Part shown: one piece after another, positions 42,775-52,950 of the stretch | Layout of the letters: each line of letters opens with the position of its first letter | How positions within the stretch are numbered: position 1 is the stretch's first letter | Source of the DNA: an uncultured Verrucomicrobiae bacterium | Lineage (GTDB): Bacteria; Verrucomicrobiota; Verrucomicrobiia; Chthoniobacterales; UBA10450 | Direction: 5' to 3' | Assembly (NCBI GenBank): GCA_963726745.1 | Contig: CAVSDR010000006.1 | Span: 384,001-448,000, forward strand | DNA: 64,000 nt | Made by a program: the position numbers and the translations under genes | The notes under the pieces: model-generated | Databases searched by the model: none | Told to the model about the DNA's origin: nothing | Seen by the model: only the letters and a program-made list of their open reading frames with translations

Positions 42775-44319
42775 ATGACTGAAAAACTGCCGCAACTCAT
42801 TCTATTCCTGGCGACCGCCATCGGCTTGCTCTTTGCCGTCATCCTGGGCAACGCGATCGGTTCAGCTGAGAGCTTCTTCCTTCTGATGATCGCCGCCGGG
42901 GCAGCTGGACTCGCCTGGCTCGTTCTGGCCGGGAAATACTGGTGGCTCCCGATGGCTTTCGGTTTGGGCATTGGCGGTTTCTTCACTCTCCCCTTTAAGC
43001 TCTATCCACATGAGATCGCGCTGGCTGCCTGCGTGGCCGCACTGGTGCCGCAGATGGTTTTGCGGCGGACAGGACTTTCTGACTCCCGGCCGCAGTTGCC
43101 GTACGTCTTCTATATTCTGGCGCTTTATCTCGCGGTTCACTTCTGCATGTCGATGGTCGTCAATGATGGAGACGGATGGGGTAACGTTTCCCGGGCCTAC
43201 ATGAACATGCTCTGGCCCTTCGTCTTCGGTTACTACTTCTGGCGCCACGGATCGACCAAGGTTTTGCAGGCGGCCCTCAAGGTAATTTACGGCGCGGCTC
43301 TGGCCCGGATGGCGTTCGGCTTGGTCAATTACTACGCCGGCTACACCTACACGATTCCACTTATCAACTACTCGATTGACCCACAGGATCTTCGAGCCTC
43401 TGGAAGTATCGTCTTGGTGCTGGCGTTCATCTTCACCGCCATGCGCGGCAATATGGTCCTGCGTGCCTTGAATGGAGCGATCACGCTTTTCGCCGTGTGG
43501 GTCATCCTCTTGGGAGGATCCCGCACCGGGGCGGCGACTCTGCTGATGCTCCCTCTGTTTGCTTTTGCCATCCGTCGGAAATGGCTGGGGCTGGTTGCCA
43601 CGGTGGCGTGTTCCGGAATTCTCATCCTGGCATTAAACGAATACCCCAAGGTCATCGAAGCGCTGCCGAAACGTGCCACCCGTGCCATGAGCGTTTTTCT
43701 GTTGAAGGAGCGTCTCGATATCCAAGAGGAAACTAGAGACAGCAATATGTGGCATCGCGTAGCGCTTCCTGAGGAAGCGCAGAAGCGGTGGTCGGAGTCG
43801 ATTAGGACCAGGGCGTTTGGCACGGGAATCAAGCCCTATCGAGGTTTGACTCCTGGCATATGGTTTGGTCCTGAAACCCTTTTTCTTTGGGCAAAAGTTT
43901 CCGGAGACATGGGTGCGTATGAAAGCGCTTTCTGGACGGTCCTTGCTGTCCTCGGGGTCACCGGATTGGCGCTTTACGCCTGGCTGCTGGGCTGGCTCTT
44001 GCGGCGTCTAGGAATTGCACTCTTAGCTCGCAGGGAAAAGGACATCACTTGGGGCGTCTTGTTCTGGGCCTGCTTATCCATTGTCCAATGGGCTGTTTTT
44101 GCCATCCCCGGTGGCAGCTACCCTTCGTGGGAAGTTTTCCTGGGTCTTATCGCCCTTGCCAGGATCACTGACGACGGGTGGACGCTCCCGGCGGCGCGTC
44201 CTCGGCAGTTGGCGGTCAGGCGGCACCATGAATCGGAGATGCCTGAGCCCGCGCTTACGTTAGCCGGCCGCCAATTTCCGGTAGCTGGCAACCGTCGCCT
44301 CGGCACAGGCGCTCCATGA
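42775..44319 (+). CDS. O-antigen ligase/polymerase (Wzy/WaaL-like) membrane protein
   Basis: Multi-TM, LGGSRTG motif, large periplasmic loop with FGTG, located among glycosyltransferases. Confidence 0.7.
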   Translation: MTEKLPQLILFLATAIGLLFAVILGNAIGSAESFFLLMIAAGAAGLAWLVLAGKYWWLPMAFGLGIGGFFTLPFKLYPHEIALAACVAALVPQMVLRRTGLSDSRPQLPYVFYILALYLAVHFCMSMVVNDGDGWGNVSRAYMNMLWPFVFGYYFWRHGSTKVLQAALKVIYGAALARMAFGLVNYYAGYTYTIPLINYSIDPQDLRASGSIVLVLAFIFTAMRGNMVLRALNGAITLFAVWVILLGGSRTGAATLLMLPLFAFAIRRKWLGLVATVACSGILILALNEYPKVIEALPKRATRAMSVFLLKERLDIQEETRDSNMWHRVALPEEAQKRWSESIRTRAFGTGIKPYRGLTPGIWFGPETLFLWAKVSGDMGAYESAFWTVLAVLGVTGLALYAWLLGWLLRRLGIALLARREKDITWGVLFWACLSIVQWAVFAIPGGSYPSWEVFLGLIALARITDDGWTLPAARPRQLAVRRHHESEMPEPALTLAGRQFPVAGNRRLGTGAP

Positions 44320-45351
44320 GTAACGCTGTGCCAGCCGTTCAGCCTGCTGCGTAATTGTTCCGGCATCGAGGCCCAACACCTCGGAGAGCGCCGCGTGGAA
44401 GCTCTCCAAGCTTTCCAACTGAAAGCTCCCCGGAGTCTGTGGCCCCAAGATCTCGGCTACTGCAGTCTCCGCGACAAAAACGACGGGAGTGCCCAAGGCA
44501 TAGGCCTCCACCGCCGGCAGGCCGAAGCCTTCGATTTCGGAAGGAAGAACCACAGCGCGCGCCCGGGCGATCGCTGTCTCTAACTCAGGCCGCGGGAGTC
44601 GCCCGCACAACTCGAATCTCGGATTCGCTTGGGCTGTGCGCGCATCCGCTGGCCGGAGATTCCCCACCAGCTTCAGCTTGGGCAGGTTTACCTCATGGCT
44701 GCTAAGCTTGCGCCAAAAATCGAGGAGAGTCCCGGTGCGTTTGTGCGGCTCCCGTGAAGCCAGGTGGAGGACGTAATCTTCTTTCTCGGCCGCGGTTCCT
44801 GGCGGCCGCGTAACGTGGAAGCCCTCATAGGTGACTTCCATCGGCGGACAGCGGAGACGATGACGCTCGCAGAATTTGCGAATCGCTTGAGCTGAGAACT
44901 GTGAGATCGTCAGGATGGAGTCGAATCGCGCGATCGATCGCTTTAGGACGCCGAGCCAATAGGTGTAAGCCAGCGCCGGCCGCTCTCCCGGATAATGATC
45001 CGCGTAATGCTGCAGGATGACATCGTGCACCGTGCCGATACAAGGCGCTGCAAAACGTCGCACGACTGGCAAGTGACCTTTGGGATAATGCCAGACGTCT
45101 GCCTGAAGGTGGCTGACCGCTGGGTGAAAATTATCCGACAAGATACGCCCGATTGCGCCAGCGGTGGAGAAAGGGAGGGTCTGTCTCTGCGCAAGACTGG
45201 TAGGCGCGAAAGAGCCTTTCGAAACCAGTCCCGCTAGTTCGATTTCCCGATGCCTTTGCAAAGCTCGAAGCAGGCCATCAGTGTAGCCGGTCACGCCTAG
45301 CGTCCGGTCGCGCTGCGGATTTTGGTCCGCTAGGTAAAAGCCAACCCTCAT
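44260..45351 (-). CDS. GT4 glycosyltransferase
   Basis: GTVHD, EPHKR, PSEIEGFGLPAVEA, YSW. Confidence 0.88.
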   Translation of the reverse strand: MRVGFYLADQNPQRDRTLGVTGYTDGLLRALQRHREIELAGLVSKGSFAPTSLAQRQTLPFSTAGAIGRILSDNFHPAVSHLQADVWHYPKGHLPVVRRFAAPCIGTVHDVILQHYADHYPGERPALAYTYWLGVLKRSIARFDSILTISQFSAQAIRKFCERHRLRCPPMEVTYEGFHVTRPPGTAAEKEDYVLHLASREPHKRTGTLLDFWRKLSSHEVNLPKLKLVGNLRPADARTAQANPRFELCGRLPRPELETAIARARAVVLPSEIEGFGLPAVEAYALGTPVVFVAETAVAEILGPQTPGSFQLESLESFHAALSEVLGLDAGTITQQAERLAQRYSWSACAEATVASYRKLAAG

Positions 45352-46430
45352 TCTGAGACTTTGCGATAGGCCGCCAGGGTCTCACGCGCACATCGGTCCC
45401 AGCTGAATTCCAATTCCCGTTGCAGCCCCGCGGCCCGGAGCACCTTCAGCCGGTCACTGTCTTGCACAATGCGATCGAGTTGGTCGCGCATATGGAAGAT
45501 GTCCGTCGGATCGAAAAACGCCGCGGCTTCGCCGGCAACTTCGCGGAAGATCCCGGTATCCGAGCAGATGACCGGGCAACCTGCCCCCATCGCCTCCACA
45601 ACTGTCAGCCCGAAACCTTCATAGAGTGAAGGGGCCACAAAGGCCGTGGCCTGCTGGTAATATCCAAGAAGTGATTCATCGCCCCCTGAGCGGCGATGCA
45701 CTTGCTCCCGCACCCCCAGGCGCTGGATGGCTTCGTCTTCCTCCGTATCCCAAGGCCCGCCTCCAAAACAAATTAACTGGACACCATCTGCCGCCAGTTG
45801 CGACTCAGCGTAAGCGCTCAGGAAAGGCAGGAAGTTCTTGTGCCAACGTCTATTTCCCACGTAGAGCAAAAACTTACGCTTAGAATCCGCGCCGATCTCC
45901 GACGGCGAGACGCCTTTCAGAGCGTTTCCCAACGAAGTAACAGAAATCTTATCGGGATTGATGGAAAGGAGTCGAACCAAGTCTTCCTTTGTTTGATGCG
46001 AAATCGCGCAAATATGCTGCGCGCGTTGGCAGCATTCGGCCTTGTTTACGTGCGTCGCGCGGACCGTGCCGCTTGTCGCCAAAAGCTCGGGAAAGAGCTC
46101 GTGGATCATATCGTAGACCGAAATTACCAATGGCTTGCGCCTGGAATAGCGATGACCGGAGTAGTAAGTCTGATGAACAATCGCCGCTTCCGAGCAAGCG
46201 ATGTAGGATTGTGCTGCAATCGTATTAACCGCCGCCCTCGCGAGGCGTGGAAACCGCGGCGTATACCTCCCGACCACCGAACGATCGCGAATATACTCAT
46301 TGATGTATAATCCTGCAAAAATGACCGTCTCACATCCGAGTGTCGGTAAGCGGGATGCGAGTTCGGAGAAAACTCGGCTGATCCCACCAGCCGGTTGGTT
46401 GAAGGCTTCTGGCGTAAAGACTACCTTCAT
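45348..46430 (-). CDS. GT4 glycosyltransferase (MtfB-like)
   Basis: GGISRVF, YDMIHE, YVGNR..HKNF, PSLYEGFGL, FSWDRCA. Confidence 0.9.
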   Translation of the reverse strand: MKVVFTPEAFNQPAGGISRVFSELASRLPTLGCETVIFAGLYINEYIRDRSVVGRYTPRFPRLARAAVNTIAAQSYIACSEAAIVHQTYYSGHRYSRRKPLVISVYDMIHELFPELLATSGTVRATHVNKAECCQRAQHICAISHQTKEDLVRLLSINPDKISVTSLGNALKGVSPSEIGADSKRKFLLYVGNRRWHKNFLPFLSAYAESQLAADGVQLICFGGGPWDTEEDEAIQRLGVREQVHRRSGGDESLLGYYQQATAFVAPSLYEGFGLTVVEAMGAGCPVICSDTGIFREVAGEAAAFFDPTDIFHMRDQLDRIVQDSDRLKVLRAAGLQRELEFSWDRCARETLAAYRKVSE

Positions 46431-47230
46431 GCCGAGCTCTCCTTGCAGTCGGCTGCGAGCGCCTTGACGGCTTTATCATAGTCGGGCCAAAGCAAGGATT
46501 CCCTGCGATAGAGAACGTCGATTAACCGCTTGGACACTCGGTGCAGGGCTACATTCCATCTAAGTGCCGAAGCCTTCTTTTTCGTTAATAGATGCAGGTA
46601 ACTCCCATAGGATAAGACGTGAAGTCCAAAGCGCTGGGCGATTCGCTCGAGCGAGTTACGACTGTAAAAAGCCACATGTTGCCCATGGTCCAGCCCATAA
46701 TAGAACCACTCGTCGATCGACGGCGGCGGTTCAGGAACAAGCTCCGTCGAAAAAAGGATGGAATCTGACAGAGTCAGCATCTCACTGATTGTTCCGATTG
46801 GGTCAACGAGATGTTCGAAAACCTCGAAAGCAGTGAGCAGTTCGAATCGGTCATTGGAGGTAGGATCGACCCGGTGTTCCGCGGCAAATAGGTTCTCGCA
46901 GTAGAGGTCATGCCACCAAAAGTCATAACCGGCGTCTCGCATGAGACGAACAAACATGCCGTAGCCCGCGCCGAAATCGATAAAGCGACCGTCGCTCTCG
47001 AAGAGCATCGTGATTACTCCTTTGACCATTTTGGAATAAACGACATTCCTATTCACATAGCCGACGTCTGTCCGATTGATCGCAGAGGAGTAGGATTCAC
47101 TCAGCCAGTAAGGGTCCTCTGTCTGCATAAAGCCGCAGGAAGGACACCGAAGAAACGTGACATCGTATCTCTTCAAGATTCGCCCTCGCACATGCGACAA
47201 ACTTTCCACTCCGCAGATTTTGCAGTTCAT
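46427..47230 (-). CDS. Class I SAM-dependent methyltransferase with N-terminal Zn ribbon
   Basis: CKIC...CPSC, DFGAGYG, FEVFEHL, GQHVAFY. Confidence 0.85.
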   Translation of the reverse strand: MNCKICGVESLSHVRGRILKRYDVTFLRCPSCGFMQTEDPYWLSESYSSAINRTDVGYVNRNVVYSKMVKGVITMLFESDGRFIDFGAGYGMFVRLMRDAGYDFWWHDLYCENLFAAEHRVDPTSNDRFELLTAFEVFEHLVDPIGTISEMLTLSDSILFSTELVPEPPPSIDEWFYYGLDHGQHVAFYSRNSLERIAQRFGLHVLSYGSYLHLLTKKKASALRWNVALHRVSKRLIDVLYRRESLLWPDYDKAVKALAADCKESSA

Positions 47231-48210
47231 CAATTGCTTTCGAGACGCTCGGCGATCAGTTGGTCCACCTTTTGCACAAAGTGCTTAATCTGATGATTTC
47301 GTTCCACGGACTCAGAGTTTCTCGAGATCAAAGCTTCATGCGGCGAAGGATTAGCTGTAGCCTTTCTTAACTGCCCGACTGGATCAGCCCAGTCGACCTC
47401 GACCACCGGGTTGTAGCCAAACATCGCCTGCCCGTCCGCAGGACAACTTCCGAGGACGAGGCAGCCGGCGGCCATGGATTCCAGATACCGCAAGGTAATG
47501 GTGGAGATGCTCCCGGCATCGTCGGGATGTGTCAGTGCCCTTGGAAAGCAGATTGAAACACGGGCGTTCCCCAAGGCTTCTTTAAACTCTGCTGTGGTAG
47601 CAAAGCGCGCGTGGACATAACGTATACCCAGGTGTTCGCAGCCGGACGCCACAGCCTCGTGATACCGGGCATAGGTTCGACCAAATGCGAGCACATCGAT
47701 CGTGCGCTCGGCCCAGGGTCGCTGTGGGAAATCAGTGGTCTCGATTGCTTCCGGCACCCAGTGAACCGCGCATCGAGCAGGCATTTGAGCCTGCAACTGT
47801 TCTGCTCCCTGCTGGCTAGAGACCAACAGCAAATCGATTCGCGCCTCCCTCACGATGCGCAACAAGCTGTCAACATGTCCCGGCCAGACGTCGTAGGTCC
47901 AGAGGACGCGCAAGGTGGAATCGAAGCCGAAGAACGGGAAAGTTTTCCCGAAAAAGTAGTGCCGATAAGGAAGTCCGAGACTTAGGAAGACACAATCAAC
48001 CCGGCGGCGGCGCAGGAGTGGCCGGAGGGCCGTCTGTAGGATGGTATAAATTCTTGTCGATATCTTCGTGGGAGGAAAAAGCAGCGGTCCCTCGCGGCCT
48101 TTCCAGTTGCTCGAACGGAGGCAAGCTTGTTCCAGTGATTGAAGGAGGAGAATGTCCGGCCGATCATCGCGGAAACGCGAGGTCACAAGGATTCGGACTG
48201 GGCTAGGCAT
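47230..48210 (-). CDS. Glycosyltransferase (GT-B, CgeB-like)
   Basis: WVPEAI, DVLAFGR, TLRYLESMAAGCLVLG. Confidence 0.7.
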   Translation of the reverse strand: MPSPVRILVTSRFRDDRPDILLLQSLEQACLRSSNWKGREGPLLFPPTKISTRIYTILQTALRPLLRRRRVDCVFLSLGLPYRHYFFGKTFPFFGFDSTLRVLWTYDVWPGHVDSLLRIVREARIDLLLVSSQQGAEQLQAQMPARCAVHWVPEAIETTDFPQRPWAERTIDVLAFGRTYARYHEAVASGCEHLGIRYVHARFATTAEFKEALGNARVSICFPRALTHPDDAGSISTITLRYLESMAAGCLVLGSCPADGQAMFGYNPVVEVDWADPVGQLRKATANPSPHEALISRNSESVERNHQIKHFVQKVDQLIAERLESN

Positions 48211-48330
48211 GCGGCGTCATTCTAATTGCCTCTCGAGAGAAAAAGATCAAATTCTGCCGGAGCCGTTCTCCAGGCATGGCCCCCCGCCATGGCCCAGGTT
48301 TGCCGTGGGCGATGGACGGTGGAGCCAAAC

Positions 48331-49074
48331 ATGTCGCGCGTCCTGAACCTTCTGCTTACGCACCAAGCACCCTCCGCGGTCGAGCGGATGGTCCGGCATT
48401 GGGAGAAGTATGTGGCGCCGGAGAGCATCCTGCTCGCCTACGGCGGAACAGCCGACAACTTCACCAAGCTCGCGCATCGGCGGAAGTTCTACGTCGAGGA
48501 TCCGCGTTTGCGAACACGGGATCATCAACGGGAGTTTCAGAGCTACAGCGGGATCTTCCACCAGGCGGCGACGGCTTTGCTGGATGAGCGGCACGCATTC
48601 GATTTCGTCCATTTCGCTGAGTACGATCACCTGCCCTTGGTGGCCGATTTGAACGCGCGACAGATTCGTTTCCTGGAGGAGGAGCGCGCCGATCTGCTGG
48701 GCTATCACGTGCAGCGGATCGATGGGACGAGCCATCCCCACTATCTCTACCATCTGGCCAACCCTGATTTCCTGCCGCATTGGGCAGCGAATACTCGCCG
48801 GGAGGAGCCGGAGGTGATTCTATCGATGTTCGGCAGCGGGAGCTTTTGGACGCGCGATGCTTTCTGCGAAATTGCCCACTGCCAAGAGCCGTTCCCGATC
48901 TACATGGAAGTTTATCTCCCCACCGTGGCGCATCATCTCGGCTTCCGAGTGCGCGACTTCGGCGCGCAAAACAAATTTGTCACCGCCCTCGGCGAACGGA
49001 GCGCACAGCAGGAAGAGGCACGCGCTGCCGGCGCCTGGACCCTGCATCCGGTAAAAAAGCTTTGGACAGCGTGA
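48331..49074 (+). CDS. Hypothetical protein, possible GT-A-type glycosyltransferase
   Basis: ATG 48331 MSRVLNLLLTHQ, FVHFAEYDHLP, C-terminal HPVK. Confidence 0.6.
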   Translation: MSRVLNLLLTHQAPSAVERMVRHWEKYVAPESILLAYGGTADNFTKLAHRRKFYVEDPRLRTRDHQREFQSYSGIFHQAATALLDERHAFDFVHFAEYDHLPLVADLNARQIRFLEEERADLLGYHVQRIDGTSHPHYLYHLANPDFLPHWAANTRREEPEVILSMFGSGSFWTRDAFCEIAHCQEPFPIYMEVYLPTVAHHLGFRVRDFGAQNKFVTALGERSAQQEEARAAGAWTLHPVKKLWTA

Positions 49075-49343
49075 TGCGAAAACATTTCCGAGCTGTCATT
49101 CTGGCGATTGCGCGTGCGGTGGGCACGCCGATCTCGGATTGCCGCACCGGGAAATTTCTCGGTCGCGCGTTGCTCCTGCCGTGGCGCGGGATGGTGCACG
49201 TGATCGGGCTTGAGACGGCGGTCCGGCCGGTTTTTCAACCACAGGAGAGGCTGACCTACTGGAAGCAGAAGCTCGCCTTTACCGTGCACGAGGCGCCGGA
49301 TTTCCCAAACGTTCGCCGCAGCGAGCCTGCGAGCGATCAGTGA
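49074..49343 (+). CDS. Small hypothetical protein
   Basis: Start overlaps the upstream stop (TGATG), 89 aa MRKHFRAV...LTYWKQKLAF. Confidence 0.55.
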   Translation: MRKHFRAVILAIARAVGTPISDCRTGKFLGRALLLPWRGMVHVIGLETAVRPVFQPQERLTYWKQKLAFTVHEAPDFPNVRRSEPASDQ

Positions 49344-50474
49344 TGCATCTGCGTCGCGGACGGCGTTGGGGTGTTCTTGCGTTTGCCTGGATGATCGCGG
49401 GCCCCGCGAGCGCGACGGAGATTTGGATCACCGCTCAGCGATGGGGCAACCAGGGAAAAGTTCGACCAGGCCATGGCCCGCGCGCCCGCGGGCGCAGTGA
49501 TTCACCTGGGCGCCGGCACTTTCGAGACGCGCGGCGTGAAGCTCAAGGAAGGCTGGCGGCTACTCGGCGCGGGGAAAGACCGCACCAAGATCCGGCTGGA
49601 AAAAGATGCCCTCACTGTCGCGGGAACCTCGGCCGCGGTCGTGGCTAATTTCGATGCCGCCGGCTTCTTCGACCACGTCGAAGTCGCGGACCTGACGATC
49701 GACTGCAACCGCGAGGAGCAGCCGGTTTTCGTCCGCGGAGAAAAGGGCGATCTGACCGCTTTGACCACGGCCTGCCGAAATGCCCGCATCCGCCGGGTTC
49801 GCGTCCTTGGGACTTGGTCGAATCCGGGTGAAGGCTTTCCCTTAAGCGTCATCTCGGCCGGCTCGAGCGACGGCTCGAACCGGGTGGAGATCGACGAGTG
49901 CGAGAGCATCTCCCCGCGCGGTTCACAGACGGCAATCTCTGCGTTCGACCAGAGTGGAAGCGGCCGGCTGAGCGGCTTCATCCGCAATTGTCGGGTGGTC
50001 GACGGCCCGGAAGCGGTTGGCTTCGGCGCCGGCGGCTGGAAGAATTTTCGCGTGAGCGGCAACACCACTATCGGCTTGGCCGCCGGCATCGTGATTGACA
50101 CGCACGACTACGAGAACGTGCTGATCGAAAACAACCGCTTCTACGAAACCCGGCGCTGGGGCTTGATGTGCAACGGTTCCGGCATCTACCGCGGCCTGGT
50201 CATCCGCGGAAACCGCTTTGAGATGCTGCCGACCGCGGAGTGGTGCCTGGCCACGAGCAAAGCAAAGGCGGAAGTCCAGATCGAAGGAAACACGTTCATC
50301 CAGGGCAGCACCTATCGGCCGGTCTTTTGGATCGGCCGGCACACCCGGGGAGTGATCCGCGGCAACGTCATCGACGGCCTGCGGCTAAATGAGTCGACGC
50401 TGCCGGTCGCGCTCCGCTTCGTGGACAATGTCGACCTGCGCCAGCGACCCGTGCGGGCGCGGCGGAAGAAATAG
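49343..50474 (+). CDS. Secreted right-handed beta-helix (pectin-lyase-like) protein (frameshift near 49440-49475)
   Basis: Signal peptide ending ASA in the first frame, then IHLGAGTF, GAGKDRT, LTIDCN and repeated IxxNxF strands. Confidence 0.75.
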
Positions 50475-50492
50475 CCGGCGAGATCGCAGCCG

Positions 50493-51185
50493 CTAAAGCA
50501 GCGCCGCGCCGTTCGGCCGCTGGAGATCGGGGACGAGCTGGCGGATGAAGTCCTCCAGGATCGCGGCCGTCTCTTCCTCGCTCCGCTGCGGGGTGGTCCA
50601 GCCATTGGTCACGATCGCGGCGATGGTCACGTAGGCCCAGCGCTGGTTGTAGCCGTAGAGAATGCGGTCGCGCAGGTCGATGCGGGTGCGGGTCAGGTGC
50701 GAGGGGGTCATGTCGTCATAGCCGACGAACCAGTAGTAGCTCAAGTTTTCGAGCGTGCCCCGGGTGCCATCCTGCCGTTCCATCGAACGGCCGCTGCGAA
50801 GCTTGGTCGCAGTGATCGTCTTGTTTCCGGCCAGGGATATTTTGCGAACCTCGCTCGCCTGCAGGCCCCAGCCCTGCGCCGGGAGGCAGCGCTCGGGGCG
50901 GTGGATGCTGTTGGTCATGTCGTCGCCCGACAGGACGATGGAGACGTAGACGCTGTCGCCGGCGAGGTTGGTGTAAATTTTGCGCGCGAATTGCGTGTCC
51001 TTTGCCAGCACTTCCTTCTCGCGCTCGGTCACCTCGGTGTCGCGGCCGATCCAGTCGCCCACATAATTAGGCAGCGACATGGCAATGCCGGCCGGGCTGC
51101 TTCTGCCCGATTTCGGCAGGAGGAAAACCGACCCGAAGCCAACCAGCAGGATGACCACAACGGTCGTGAGGCGCCTAGTAATCAT
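50493..51185 (-). CDS. epsI: Exosortase-associated EpsI-family protein
   Basis: N-terminal TM, IHRPERCLPAQGW, YYWFVG, follows the exosortase gene. Confidence 0.88.
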   Translation of the reverse strand: MITRRLTTVVVILLVGFGSVFLLPKSGRSSPAGIAMSLPNYVGDWIGRDTEVTEREKEVLAKDTQFARKIYTNLAGDSVYVSIVLSGDDMTNSIHRPERCLPAQGWGLQASEVRKISLAGNKTITATKLRSGRSMERQDGTRGTLENLSYYWFVGYDDMTPSHLTRTRIDLRDRILYGYNQRWAYVTIAAIVTNGWTTPQRSEEETAAILEDFIRQLVPDLQRPNGAALL

Positions 51186-52131
51186 ATTGCACCTTCTCCT
51201 TTTCGGTGGCGCGCGCGACCGAAGCGCGGACCGCGCGCGGCTGGAGATTGATTAATTTCCCGAAGAGGAGCATCGCGCCGATCGCGAAGGGGAAGGAAAG
51301 ATAGCCGGAGACGTTGTGATATGGGCCGCCGGCGATGTCCTGCCCGAAGAGTTTCGCGACTACGAAAATGGAAACCAGGCGCCCGGCATTGCCGATGATC
51401 GCGAAGAAGAGCGCGGCGCAGAAAAGAGCCAGCTTCTTCCAGATCCGATCCTGCGTGAGGTGGCCATAAATAGCCGACAACATCGCGATGGCCATGAGCG
51501 AGCGGATGCCGCTGCAGCCTTCATCGACCTCGAACTGGAAGTTCGAGGCGTGGACCGCGGTGCCGACGGTGTAGAGATTCATCCCGAAAAAATTGCAGAC
51601 CGCGGCCGCGGTGTTGGTCTCGAGGAATTGCAGCCGCGCCGTCGCCTGCGTGAGGAAATTCAGCGGGACCATGAAAAGCAGGAAGGCGATCGGGAAAAGG
51701 AGGACCCGCGCAACGTGCCGGCCCCAGACGTAAAGGACGATGCCGTAGAGCAGGAACGGGATGGAGGTGAGCGCGAGCCGCGCCTGCAGAGTGCGCGCTC
51801 CGCCGACGAAGAGAAGCAGGCCGAACCCGATGAAGAGCCAGCCCCAGCGCGACGAACCGACCGGGGCCGCCTTGAGTTTGTCGCGCGCGTTCCAGACCAG
51901 GAAAGCGACGATCAACGGGATGAGCTTGGCGTGCTCGTAATTCGTTTCCGGGTTCCAGGCCTGCCAGGCCCAAACCCAGGTCGAGAGGTGGCCGTTGGTG
52001 AAGAGCGGCACGAAGCCGAAGAAGTAGACCAGGAGCGCCACGATCGCGGCCACCAGGGTAGCGGCGGCGGGGTTGCGCTGCATCCATTCGAGCAGCGAAG
52101 GCCCTCCGCTCGTCTTTGCTTGAGTCGTCAT
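51175..52131 (-). CDS. Exosortase (EpsH family)
   Basis: YEHAKLIP, catalytic Cys (EGCSGIRS), Arg (NAGR) and His (YHNVSG). Confidence 0.92.
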   Translation of the reverse strand: MTTQAKTSGGPSLLEWMQRNPAAATLVAAIVALLVYFFGFVPLFTNGHLSTWVWAWQAWNPETNYEHAKLIPLIVAFLVWNARDKLKAAPVGSSRWGWLFIGFGLLLFVGGARTLQARLALTSIPFLLYGIVLYVWGRHVARVLLFPIAFLLFMVPLNFLTQATARLQFLETNTAAAVCNFFGMNLYTVGTAVHASNFQFEVDEGCSGIRSLMAIAMLSAIYGHLTQDRIWKKLALFCAALFFAIIGNAGRLVSIFVVAKLFGQDIAGGPYHNVSGYLSFPFAIGAMLLFGKLINLQPRAVRASVARATEKEKVQYDY

Positions 52132-52217
52132 GCGGACGGCAAGAGTAAAGCGATGGGCCAGCCAGTGCAATTGCGCAAAGCTCCGCGCCCTGCCACCTTC
52201 CGGCTTCGCCCCCCCCG

Positions 52218-52950
52218 ATGAGAAAGCTTGAGCTCCTAGGCACCCCGCTGGCGGCCACCAGCTATGCCGAATTTACCGCACACGCGCAGGAGCTCGCGAG
52301 GCAGGAGGGCCGCAGTTTTGCCGTCGACCTGACGAACACGCATATCGTCACCCTGCGCCGAGAGGATCCGCAATTCCGCGAACTCACCAGCCAGGTGGAT
52401 TACTTCGTGCCTGACAGCATGCCGCTGATCTGGTGTCTCAATGCGAAGGGCGCCGGGCTGCGCGACCGCGTCTACGGGCCGGCCTTCATGGATTATTGCA
52501 TCACCCACTCGCCCGCGCCCTGGACGCATTACCTGCTCGGCGGCTCGGCGGAATGCGTCGCGCGCTTGCAGGAGCGCTACGGAGCGAACGCGCAGATCGT
52601 GGGCGCGCACGACGGTTACTTCTCCGGCCGCGGAGGAGCCGGCGATCGTGGCGGAGATCAATCGCCTTGCGCCCGACTTCATCTGGATCGGGTTGGGCAC
52701 GCCGAAGCAGCAGGCTTGGATTCATCGGCACAAAGGCTCGATCGCGCGCGGGGTGCTTTTCGCGGTCGGCTTTGCCTTTGACGTAAATGCCGGGATGAAA
52801 CGCGATGCGCCGGCGGTGCTCCAGCGGCTCGGGCTGACCTGGGTCTTCCGCATTTGCTCAGAGCCGCGCCGGCTGCTCGGGCGCTATCTGCGTTACAACA
52901 GTCTCTTTCTCTTCTATCTCGCCAAGGATGCGCTTTTCTCCCGGAAGTAA
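52218..52950 (+). CDS. WecB/TagA/CpsF glycosyltransferase (frameshift near 52625)
   Basis: VPDSMPL, RVYGP, HDGYF, then IWIGLGTPKQ, VGFAFD, SEPRRL. Confidence 0.9.

Noticed and set aside
35511..48230. Prophage, ICE or transposon as carrier of the low-GC region
   Set aside because: No integrase, transposase, tRNA target or flanking direct repeats were seen.
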